Of a stretch of DNA of 64,000 nucleotides, positions 47,401 through 61,900 are shown one piece after another (position 1 is the first letter of the stretch; every line of letters begins with the position of its first letter). The DNA lies in assembly GCA_964016885.1 (NCBI GenBank), contig OZ024741.1:394010001-394074000 (forward strand), in the 5' to 3' direction. The notes beneath the pieces were generated by a model, which was given only the letters and a program-made list of their open reading frames with translations, did not search any database and was not told the DNA's origin. The translations under genes were made by a program, and so were the position numbers. The DNA comes from Eledone cirrhosa. Lineage: Eukaryota.

Positions 47401-50400
47401 TGTGAAGTATTATATTATAAACAATATTAACACATGTGAAGTATTATATTGTAAACAATATTAACACATGTGAAGTATTATATCATAAACAATATTAAAA
47501 CATGTGAAGTATTATATTGTAAACAATATTAACACATGTAAAGTATTATATTGTAAACAATATTAAAACATGTGAAGTATTATATCATAAACAATATTAA
47601 CACATGTGAAGTATTATATGGTAAACAATATTAAAACATGTGAAGTATTATATTGTAAACAATATTAACACATGTGAATTATTATATTGTAAACAATATT
47701 AACTCATGTGAAGTATTTTATTGTAAACAATATTAAAACATGTGAAGTATTATATTGTAAACAATATTAACACATGTGAAGTATTATATTGTAAACAATA
47801 TTAACACATGTGAAGTATTATATTGTAAACAATATTAAAACATGTGAAGTATTATATTGTAAACAATATAAACACATGTAAAGTATTATATTGTAAACAA
47901 TATTAAAACATGTGAAGCATTATATTGTAAACAATATTAACACATGTGAAGTATTATATCATAAACAATATTAAAACATGTGAAGTATTATATTGTAAAC
48001 AATATTAAAATATGTGAAGTATTATATCATAAACAATATTAACGCATGTGAAGTATTATATTGTAAACAATATTAAAACATGTAAAGTATTATATGATAA
48101 ACAATATTAACGCATGTGAAGTATTATATTGTAAACAATATTAAAACATGTGAAGTATTATATCATAAACAATATTAACACATGTGAAGTATTATATCAT
48201 AAACAATATTAAAACATGTGAAGTATTATATTGTAAACAATATTACCGCATGTGAAGTATTATATTGTAAACAATATTTTAAAACATGTGAAGTATTATA
48301 TTGTAAACAATATTAAAACATGTGAAGTATTATATCATAAACAATATTAAAACATGTGAAGTATTATATTGTAAACAATATTAACACATGTGAAGTATTA
48401 TATTGTAAACAATATTAAAACATGTGAAGTATTATATTGTAAACAATATTAACACATGTAAAGTATTATATTGTAAACAATATTAAAACATGTGAAGTAT
48501 TATATCATAAACAATATTAACACATGTGAAGTATTATATGGTAAACAATATTAAAACATGTGAAGTATTATATTGTAAACAATATTAACACATGTGAATT
48601 ATTATATTGTAAACAATATTAACACATGTGAAGTATTATATTGTAAACAATATTAAAACATGTGAAGTATTATATTGTAAACAATATTAACACATGTGAA
48701 GTATTATATCATAAACAATATCAAAACATGTGAAGTATTATATTGTAAACAATATTAACACATGTGAAGTATTATATTGTAAACAATATTAAAACATGTG
48801 AAGTATTATATTATAAACAATATTAACACATGTGAAGTATTATATTGTAAACAATATTAACGCATGTGAAGTATTATATTGTAAACAATATTAAAACATG
48901 TAAAGTATTATATGATAAACAATATTAACGCATGTGAAGTATTATATTGTAAACAATATTAACACATGTGAAGTATTATATTGTAAACAATATTAAAACA
49001 TGTGAAGTATTATATTATAAACAATATTAACACATGTGAAGTATTATATTGTAAACAATATTAACGCATGTGAAGTATTATATTATAAACAATATTAAAA
49101 CATGTGAAGTATTATATCATAAACAATATTAACACATGTGAAGTATTATATCATAAACAATATTAAAACATGTGAAGTATTATATTGTAAACAATATTAA
49201 AACATGTGAAGTATTATATTGTAAACAATATTAAAACATGTGAAGTATTATATTGTAAACAATATTAAAACATGTGAAGTATTATATCATAAACAATATT
49301 AACACATGTGAAGTATTATATCATAAACAATATTAAAACATGTGAAGTATTATATTGTAAACAATATTAACGCATGTGAAGTATTATATTGTAAACAATA
49401 TTAAAACATGTGAAGTATTATATCATAAACAATATTAAAACATGTGAAGTATTATATCATAAACAATATTAACGCATGTGAAGTATTATATTGTAAACAA
49501 TATTAAAACATGTAAAGTATTATATGATAAACAACATTAACGCATGTGAAGTATTATATTGTAAACAATATTAAAACATGTGAAGTATTATATCATAAAC
49601 AATATTAACACATGTGAAGTATTATATCATAAACAATATTAAAACATGTGAAGTATTATATTGTAAACAATATTAACGCATGTGAAGTATTATATTGTAA
49701 ACAATATTAAAACATGTGAAGTATTATATTGTAAACAATATTAAAACATGTGAAGTATTATATCATAAACAATATTAAAACATGTGAAGTATTATATTGT
49801 AAACAATATTAACACATGTGAAGTATTATATTGTAAACAATATTAAAACATGTGAAGTATTATATTGTAAACAATATTAACACATGTAAAGTATTATATT
49901 GTAAACAATATTAAAACATGTGAAGTATTATATCATAAACAATATTAACACATGTGAAGTATTATATGGTAAACAATATTAAAACATGTGAAGTATTATA
50001 TTGTAAACAATATTAACACATGTGAATTATTATATTGTAAACAATATTAACACATGTGAAGTATTATATTGTAAACAATATTAAAACATGTGAAGTATTA
50101 TATTGTAAACAATATTAACACATGTGAATTATTATATTGTAAACAATATTAAAACATGTGAAGTATTATATTGTAAACAATATTAACACATGTGAAGTAT
50201 TATATCATAAACAATATCAAAACATGTGAAGTATTATATTGTAAACAATATTAACACATGTGAAGTATTATATTGTAAACAATATTAAAACATGTGAAGT
50301 ATTATATTATAAACAATATTAACACATGTGAAGTATTATATTGTAAACAATATTAACACATGTGAAGTATTATATCATAAACAATATTAAAACATGTGAA

Positions 50401-53400
50401 GTATTATATTGTAAACAATATTAACACATGTAAAGTATTATATTGTAAACAATATTAAAACATGTGAAGTATTATATCATAAACAATATTAACACATGTG
50501 AAGTATTATATGGTAAACAATATTAAAACATGTGAAGTATTATATTGTAAACAATATTAACACATGTGAATTATTATATTGTAAACAATATTAACTCATG
50601 TGAAGTATTATATTGTAAACAATATTAAAACATGTGAAGTATTATATTGTAAACAATATTAACACATGTGAAGTATTATATTGTAAACAATATTAACACA
50701 TGTGAAGTATTATATTGTAAACAATATTAAAACATGTGAAGTATTATATTGTAAACAATATAAACACATGTAAAGTATTATATTGTAAACAATATTAAAA
50801 CATGTGAAGCATTATATTGTAAACAATATTAACACATGTGAAGTATTATATCATAAACAATATTAAAACATGTGAAGTATTATATTGTAAACAATATTAA
50901 AATATGTGAAGTATTATATCATAAACAATATTAACGCATGTGAAGTATTATATTGTAAACAATATTAAAACATGTAAAGTATTATATGATAAACAATATT
51001 AACGCATGTGAAGTATTATATTGTAAACAATATTAAAACATGTGAAGTATTATATCATAAACAATATTAACACATGTGAAGTATTATATCATAAACAATA
51101 TTAAAACATGTGAAGTATTATATTGTAAACAATATTACCGCATGTGAAGTATTATATTGTAAACAATATTTTAAAACATGTGAAGTATTATATTGTAAAC
51201 AATATTAAAACATGTGAAGTATTATATCATAAACAATATTAAAACATGTGAAGTATTATATTGTAAACAATATTAACACATGTGAAGTATTATATTGTAA
51301 ACAATATTAAAACATGTGAAGTATTATATTGTAAACAATATTAACACATGTAAAGTATTATATTGTAAACAATATTATAACATGTGAAGTATTATATCAT
51401 AAACAATATTAACACATGTGAAGTATTATATGGTAAACAATATTAAAACATGTGAAGTATTATATTGTAAACAATATTAACACATGTGAATTATTATATT
51501 GTAAACAATATTAACACATGTGAAGTATTATATTGTAAACAATATTAAAACATGTGAAGTATTATATTGTAAACAATATTAACACATGTGAATTATTATA
51601 TTGTAAACAATATTAAAACATGTGAAGTATTATATTGTAAACAATATTAACACATGTGAAGTATTATATCATAAACAATATCAAAACATGTGAAGTATTA
51701 TATTGTAAACAATATTAACACATGTGAAGTATTATATTGTAAACAATATTAAAACATGTGAAGTATTATATTATAAACAATATTAACACATGTGAAGTAT
51801 TATATTGTAAACAATATTAACACATGTGAAGTATTATATCATAAACAATATTAAAACATGTGAAGTATTATATTGTAAACAATATTAACACATGTAAAGT
51901 ATTATATTGTAAACAATATTAAAACATGTGAAGTATTATATCATAAACAATATTAACACATGTGAAGTATTATATGGTAAACAATATTAAAACATGTGAA
52001 GTATTATATTGTAAACAATATTAACACATGTGAATTATTATATTGTAAACAATATTAACACATGTGAAGTATTATATTGTAAACAATATTAAAACATGTG
52101 AAGTATTATATTGTAAACAATATTAACACATGTGAATTATTATATTGTAAACAATATTAACACATGTGAAGTATTATATTGTAAACAATATTAAAACATG
52201 TGAAGTATTATATTGTAAACAATATAAACACATGTCAAGTATTATATTGTAAACAATATTAAAACATGTGAAGCATTATATTGTAAACAATATTAACACA
52301 TGTGAAGTATTATATCATAAACAATATTAAAACATGTGAAGTATTATATTGTAAACAATATTAAAACATGTGAAGTATTATATCATAAACAATATTAACG
52401 CATGTGAAGTATTATATTGTAAACAATATTAAAACATGTAAAGTATTATATCATAAACAATATTAACGCATGTGAAGTATTATATTGTAAACAATATTAA
52501 AACATGTGAAGTATTATATCATAAACAATATTAACACATGTGAAGTATTATATCATAAACAATATTAAAACATGTGAAGTATTATATTGTAAACAATATT
52601 AACGCATGTGAAGTATTATATTGTAAACAATATTACAACATGTGAAGTATTATATCATAAACAATATTAACACATGTGAAGTATTATATCATAAACAATA
52701 TTAACACATGTGAAGTATTATATCATAAACAATATTAACACATGTGAAGTATTATATCATAAACAATATTAACACATGTGAAGTATTATATCATAAACAA
52801 TATTAAAACATGTGAAGTATTATATTGTAAACAATATTAACACATGTGAAGTATTATATTGTAAACAATATTAAAACATGTGAAGTATTATATTGTAAAC
52901 AATATTAACACATGTGAAGTATTATATTGTAAACAATATTAACACATGTGAAGTATTATATTGTAAACAATATTAAAACATGTGAAGTATTATATTGTAA
53001 ACAATATTAACACATGTAAAGTATTATATTGTAAACAATAGTAAAACATGTGAAGTATGATATCATAAACAATATTAACACATGTGAAGTATTATATTGT
53101 AAACAATATTAAAACATGTGAAATATTATATTGTAAACAATATTAAAACATGTGAAGTATTATATTGTAAACAATATTAACACATGTGAAGTATTATATT
53201 GTAAACAATATTAAAACATGTGAAGTATTATATTGTAAACGATATTAACACATGTGAAGTATTATATTGTAAACAATATTAACACATGTGAAGTATTATA
53301 TTGTAAACAATATTAAAACATGTGAAGTATTATATTGTAAACAATATTAACACATGTAAAGTATTATATTGTAAACAATATTAAAACATGTGAAATATTA

Positions 53401-54280
53401 TATTATAAACAATATTAACACATGTGAAGTATTATATTGTAAACAATATTAAAACATGTGAAGTATTATATTGTAAACAATATTAAAACATGTGAAGTAT
53501 TATATTGTAAACAATATTAACACATGTAAAGGATTATATTGTAAACAATATTAAAACATGTGAGGTATTATATCATAAACAATATTAACACATGTGAAGT
53601 ATTATATGGTAAACAATATTAAAACATGTGAAGTGTTATATTGTAAACAATATTAAAATATGTGAAGTATTATATTGTAAACAATATTAAAACATGTGAA
53701 GTATTATATCATAAACAATATTAAAACATGTGAAGTATTATATTGTAAACAATATTAACACATGTGAAGTATTATATCATAAACAATATCAAAACATGTG
53801 AAGTATTATATTGTAAACAATATTAACACATGTAAAGTATTATATTGTAAACAATATTAAAACATGTGAAGTATTATATCATAAACAATATTAACACATG
53901 TGAAGTATTATATGGTAAACAATATTAACACATGTGAATTATTATATTGTAAACAATATTAACACATGTGAAGTATTATATTGTAAACAATATAAAAACA
54001 TGTGAAGTATTATATTGTAACAATATTAACACATGTGAAGTATTATATTGTAAACAATATTAACACATGTGAAGTATTATATTGTAAACAATATTAAAAC
54101 ATGTGAAGTATTATATTGTAAACAATATTAAAACATGTGAAGTATTATATTGTAAACAATATTAACGCATGTGAAGTATTATATCATAAACAATATTAAC
54201 ACATGTGAAGTATTATATTGTAAACAATATTAACACATGTGAAGTATTATATTGTAAACAATATTAAAACATGTGAAGTA
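41700..54280. repeat. Dispersed large duplications: ~41.7-46.5 kb copied at +7755 and ~41.7-43.8 kb copied at +4863
   Basis: taccgcat followed by a 2-bp insertion (atattttaaaac) at 43383/48246/51138; tatgataaac 41771/46634/49526; tgtcaag 44481/52236; aagtgtta 45880/53635. Confidence 0.88.
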
Positions 54281-57200
54281 TTATATTGTAAACAATATTA
54301 ACGCATGTGAAGTATTATATCATAAACAATATTAACACATGTGAAGTATTATATTGTAAACAATATTAACACATGTGAAGTATTATATTGTAAACAATAT
54401 TAAAACATGTGAAGTATTATATTGTAAACAATATTAAAACATGTGAAGTATTATATTGTAAACAATATTAACGCATGTGAAGTATTATATCATAAACAAT
54501 ATTAACGCATGTGAAGTATTATATCATAAACAATATTAAAACATGTGAAGTATTACATTGTAAACAATATTAACACATGTAAAGTATTATATTGTAAACA
54601 ATATTAAAACATGTGAAGTATTATATTGTAAACAATATTAAAACATGTGAAGTATTATATTGTAAACAATATTAACACATGTAAAGTATTATATTGTAAG
54701 CAATATTAACACATGTGAAGTATTATATTGTAAACAATATTAAAACATGTGAAGTATTATATCATAAACAATATTAACGCATGTGAAGTATTATATTGTA
54801 AACAATATTAACACATGTGAAGTATTATATCATAAACAATATTAAAACATGTGAAGTATTATATTGTAAACAATATTAACACATGTGAAGTATTATATCA
54901 TAAACAATATTAAAACATGTGAAGTATCATATTGTAAACAATATTAACGCATGTGAAGTATTATATTGTAAACAATATTAAAACATGTGAAGTATCATAT
55001 CATAAACAATATTAACGCATGTGAAGTATTATATTATAAACAATATTAAAACATGTGAAGTATTATATCATATACAATATTAACACATGTTAATTATTAT
55101 ATCATAAACAATATTAAAACATGTGAAGTATTATACTGTAAACAATATTAAAACATGTGAAGTATTATATTGTAAACAATATTAAAACATGTGAAGTATG
55201 ATATTGTAAACAATATTAAAACATGTGAAGTATTATATTGTAAACAATATTAACGCATGTGAAGTATTATATCATAAACAATATTAACACATGTGAAGTA
55301 TTATATTGTAAACAATATTAAAACATGTGAAGTATTATATCATAAACAATATTAACACATGTGAAGTATTATATTGTAAACAATATTAAAACATGTGAAG
55401 TATTATATCATAAACAATATTAACTCATGTGAAGTATTATATTGTAAACAATATTAACACATGTGAAGTATTATATTGTAAACAATATTAAAACATGTGA
55501 AGTATTATATCATAAACAATATTAACACATGTGAAGTATTATATTGTAAACAATATTAACACATGTGAAGTATTATATTGTAAACAATATTAACACATGT
55601 GAAGTATTATATTGTAAACAATATTAAAACATGTGAAGTATTATATCATAAACAATATTAACACATGTGAAGTATTATATTGTAAACAATATTAACACAT
55701 GTGAAGTATTATATTGTAAACAATATTAACACATGTGAAGTATTATATTGTAAACAATATTAAAACATGTGAAGTATTATATTGTAAACAATATTAAAAC
55801 ATGTGAAGTATTATATTGTAAAAAATATTAACACATGTGAAGTATTATATTGTAAACAATATTAAAACATGTGAAGTATTATATTGTAAACAATATAAAC
55901 ACATGTGAAGTATTATATTATAAACAATATTAACACATGTGAAGTATTATATTGTAAACAATATTAAAACATGTGAAGTATTATATTGTAAACAATATTA
56001 ACACATGTAAAGTATTATATTGTAAACAATAGTAAAACATGTGAAGTATGATATCATAAACAATATTAACACATGTGAAGTATTATATTGTAAACAATAT
56101 TAAATCATGTGAAATATTATATTGTAAACAATATTAAAACATGTGAAGTATTATATTGTAAACAATATTAACACATGTGAAGTATTATATTGTAAACAAT
56201 ATTAAAACATGTGAAGTATTATATTGTAAACAATATTAACACATGTGAAGTATTATATTGTAAACAATATTAACACATGTGAAGTATTATATTGTAAACA
56301 ATATTAAAACATGTGAAGTATTATATTGTAAACAATATTAACACATGTAAAGTATTATATTGTAAACAATATTAAAACATGTGAAATATTATATTATAAA
56401 CAATATTAACACATGTGAAGTATTATATTGTAAACAATATTAAAACATGTGAAGTATTATATTGTAAACAATATTAAAACATGTGAAGTATTATATTGTA
56501 AACAATATTAACACATGTAAAGGATTATATTGTAAACAATATTAAAACATGTGAGGTATTATATCATAAACAATATTAACACATGTGAAGTATTATATGG
56601 TAAACAATATTAAAACATGTGAAGTGTTATATTGTAAACAATATTAAAATATGTGAAGTATTATATTGTAAACAATATTAAAACATGTGAAGTATTATAT
56701 CATAAACAATATTAAAACATGTGAAGTATTATATTGTAAACAATATTAACACATGTGAAGTATTATATCATAAACAATATCAAAACATGTGAAGTATTAT
56801 ATTGTAAACAATATTAACACATGTAAAGTATTATATTGTAAACAATATTAAAACATGTGAAGTATTATATCATAAACAATATTAACACATGTGAAGTATT
56901 ATATGGTAAACAATATTAACACATGTGAATTATTATATTGTAAACAATATTAACACATGTGAAGTATTATATTGTAAACAATATAAAAACATGTGAAGTA
57001 TTATATTGTAACAATATTAACACATGTGAAGTATTATATTGTAAACAATATTAACACATGTGAAGTATTATATTGTAAACAATATTAAAACATGTGAACT
57101 ATTATATTGTAAACAATATTAAAACATGTGAAGTATTATATTGTAAACAATATTAACGCATGTGAAGTATTATATCATAAACAATATTAACACATGTGAA

Positions 57201-58990
57201 GTATTATATTGTAAACAATATTAACACATGTGAAGTATTATATTGTAAACAATATTAAAACATGTGAAGTATTATATTGTAAACAATATTAACGCATGTG
57301 AAGTATTATATCATAAACAATATTAACACATGTGAAGTATTATATTGTAAACAATATTAACACATGTGAAGTATTATATTGTAAACAATATTAAAACATG
57401 TGAAGTATTATATTGTAAACAATATTAAAACATGTGAAGTATTATATTGTAAACAATATTAACGCATGTGAAGTATTATATCATAAACAATATTAACGCA
57501 TGTGAAGTATTATATCATAAACAATATTAAAACATGTGAAGTATTACATTGTAAACAATATTAACACATGTAAAGTATTATATTGTAAACAATATTAAAA
57601 CATGTGAAGTATTATATTGTAAACAATATTAAAACATGTGAAGTATTATATTGTAAACAATATTAACACATGTAAAGTATTATATTGTAAGCAATATTAA
57701 CACATGTGAAGTATTATATTGTAAACAATATTAAAACATGTGAAGTATTATATCATAAACAATATTAACGCATGTGAAGTATTATATTGTAAACAATATT
57801 AACACATGTGAAGTATTATATCATAAACAATATTAAAACATGTGAAGTATTATATTGTAAACAATATTAACACATGTGAAGTATTATATCATAAACAATA
57901 TTAAAACATGTGAAGTATCATATTGTAAACAATATTAACGCATGTGAAGTATTATATTGTAAACAATATTAAAACATGTGAAGTATCATATCATAAACAA
58001 TATTAACGCATGTGAAGTATTATATTATAAACAATATTAAAACATGTGAAGTATTATATCATATACAATATTAACACATGTTAATTATTATATCATAAAC
58101 AATATTAAAACATGTGAAGTATTATACTGTAAACAATATTAAAACATGTGAAGTATTATATTGTAAACAATATTAAAACATGTGAAGTATGATATTGTAA
58201 ACAATATTAAAACATGTGAAGTATTATATTGTAAACAATATTAACGCATGTGAAGTATTATATCATAAACAATATTAACACATGTGAAGTATTATATTGT
58301 AAACAATATTAAAACATGTGAAGTATTATATCATAAACAATATTAACACATGTGAAGTATTATATTGTAAACAATATTAAAACATGTGAAGTATTATATC
58401 ATAAACAATATTAACTCATGTGAAGTATTATATTGTAAACAATATTAACACATGTGAAGTATTATATTGTAAACAATATTAAAACATGTGAAGTATTATA
58501 TCATAAACAATATTAACACATGTGAAGTATTATATTGTAAACAATATTAACACATGTGAAGTATTATATTGTAAACAATATTAACACATGTGAAGTATTA
58601 TATTGTAAACAATATTAAAACATGTGAAGTATTATATCATAAACAATATTAACACATGTGAAGTATTATATTGTAAACAATATTAACACATGTGAAGTAT
58701 TATATTGTAAACAATATTAACACATGTGAAGTATTATATTGTAAACAATATTAAAACATGTGAAGTATTATATTGTAAACAATATTAAAACATGTGAAGT
58801 ATTATATTGTAAAAAATATTAACACATGTGAAGTATTATATTGTAAACAATATTAAAACATGTGAAGTATTATATTGTAAACAATATAAACACATGTGAA
58901 GTATTATATTGTAAACAATATTAACACATGTGAAGTATTATATTGTAAACAATATTAAAACATGTGAAGTATTATATTGTAAACAATATT
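52960..58990. repeat. Tandem duplication of an 88-monomer block (2991 bp)
   Basis: aatagtaa 53041/56032, aagtgtta 53635/56626, ttacattg 54556/57547 and taagcaat 54700/57691 are all at +2991 (88x34-1). Confidence 0.92.
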
Positions 58991-61900
58991 AACACATGTA
59001 AAGTATTATATTGTAAACAATATTAAAACATGTGAAGTATTATATCATAAACAATATTAACACATGTGAAGTATTATATTGTAAACAATATTAACACATG
59101 TGAAGTATTATATCATAAACAATATTAAAACATGTGAAATATTATATTGTAAACAATATTAACACATGTGAAGTATTATGTTTTAAACAATATTAACACA
59201 TGTGAAGTATTATATTGTAAACAATATTAACACATGTGAAGTATTATATTGTAAACAATATTAAATCATGTAATGTATTATATTGTAAACAATATTAAAA
59301 CATGTGAAGTATTATATCATAAACAATATTAACACATGTGAAGTATTATATGGTAAACAATATTAAAACATGAGAAGTATTATATTGTAAACAATATTAA
59401 AACATGTGAAGTATTATATTGTAAACAATATTGACACATGTAAAGTATTATACTGTAAACAATATTAAAACATGTGAAGTATTATATTGTAAACAATATT
59501 AACACATGTGAAGTATTATATTGTAAACAATATTAACACATGTGAAGTATTATATTGTAAACAATATTAACACATGTGAAGTATTATATTGTAAACAATA
59601 TTAAAACATGTGAAGTATTATATTGTAAACAATATTAAAACATGTGAAGTATTATATTGTAAACAATATTAACACATGTGAAGTATTATATTGTAAACAA
59701 TATTAACACATGTGAAGTATTATATTGTAAACAATATTAAAACATGTGAAGTATTATATTGTAAACAATATTAACACATGTAAAGTATTATATCATAAAC
59801 AATATTAAAACATGTGAAGTATTATATTGTAAACAATATTAACACATGTGAAGTATTATATTTTAAACAATATTAACACATGTGAAGTATTATATTGTAA
59901 ACAATATTAACACATGTGAAGTATTATATTGTAAACAATATTAAATCATGTGAAGTATTATATTGTAAACAATATTAACACATGTGAAGTATTATATTGT
60001 AAACAATATTAAAACATGTGAAGTATTATATTGTAAACAATATTAAAACATGTGAAGTATTATATTGTAAACAATATTAACACATGTAAAGTATTATATT
60101 GTAAACAATATTAAAACATGTGAATTATTATGTTGTAAACAATATTAACACATGTGAAGTATTATATCATAAACAATATTAAAACATGTGAAGTATTATA
60201 TTGTAAACAATATTAACACATGTGAAGTATTATATTGTAAACAATATTAAAACATGTGAAGTATTATATCATAAACAATATTAACACATGTGAAGTATTA
60301 TATTGTAAACAATATTAACACATGTGAAGTATTATATTGTAAACAATATTAACACATGTGAAGTATTATATTGTAAACAATATTAAAACATGTGAAGTAT
60401 TATATCATAAACAATATTAACACATGTGAAGTATTATATTGTAAACAATATTAACACATGTGAAGTATTATATTGTAAACAATATTAAAACATGTGAAGT
60501 ATTATATTTTAAACAATATAAACACATGTCAAGTATTATATTGTAAACAATATTAAAACATGTGAAGCATTATATTGTAAACAATATTAACACATGTGAA
60601 GTATTATATCATAAACAATATTAAAACATGTGAAGTATTATATTGTAAACAATATTAAAACATGTGAAGTATTATATCATAAACAATATTAACGCATGTG
60701 AAGTATTATATTGTAAACAATATTAAAACATGTGAAGTATTATATCATAAACAATATTAACACATGTGAAGTATTATATCATAAACAATATTAAAACATG
60801 TGAAGTATTATATTGTAAACAATATTAACGCATGTGAAGTATTATATTGTAAACAATATTACAACATGTGAAGTATTATATCATAAACAATATTAACACA
60901 TGTGAAGTATTATATCATAAACAATATTAACACATGTGAAGTATTATATCATAAACAATATTAACACATGTGAAGTATTATATTGTAAACAATATTAACA
61001 CATGTGAAGTATTATATCATAAACAATATTAAAACATGTGAAGTACTATATTGTAAACAATATTAACACATGTGAAGTATTATATTGTAAACAATATTAA
61101 AACATGTGAAGTATTATATTGTAAACAATATTAACACATGTGAAGTATTATATTGTAAACAATATTAACACATGTGAAGTATTATATTGTAAACAATATT
61201 AAAACATGTGAAGTATTATATTGTAAACAATATTAACACATGTAAAGTATTATATTGTAAACAATAGTAAAACATGTGAAGTATTATATTGTACACAATA
61301 TTAAAACATGTGAAGTATTATATCATAAACAATATTAACTCATGTGAAGTATTATATTGTAAACAATATTAACACATGTGAAGTATTATATTGTAAACAA
61401 TATTAAAACATGTGAAGTATTATATCATAAACAATATTAACACATGTGAAGTATTATATTGTAAACAATATTAACACATGTGAAGTATTATATTGTAAAC
61501 AATATTAACACATGTGAAGTATTATATTGTAAACAATATTAAAACATGTGAAGTATTATATCATAAACAATATTAACACATGTGAAGTATTATATTGTAA
61601 ACAATATTAACACATGTGAAGTATTATATTGTAAACAATATTAACACATGTGAAGTATTATATTGTAAACAATATTAAAACATGTGAAGTATTATATTGT
61701 AAACAATATTAAAACATGTGAAGTATTATATTGTAAAAAATATTAACACATGTGAAGTATTATATTGTAAACAATATTAAAACATGTGAAGTATTATATT
61801 GTAAACAATATTAACACATGTGAAGTATTATATTGTAAACAATATTAACACATGTGAAGTATTATATTGTAAACAATATTAACACATGTGAAGTATTATA

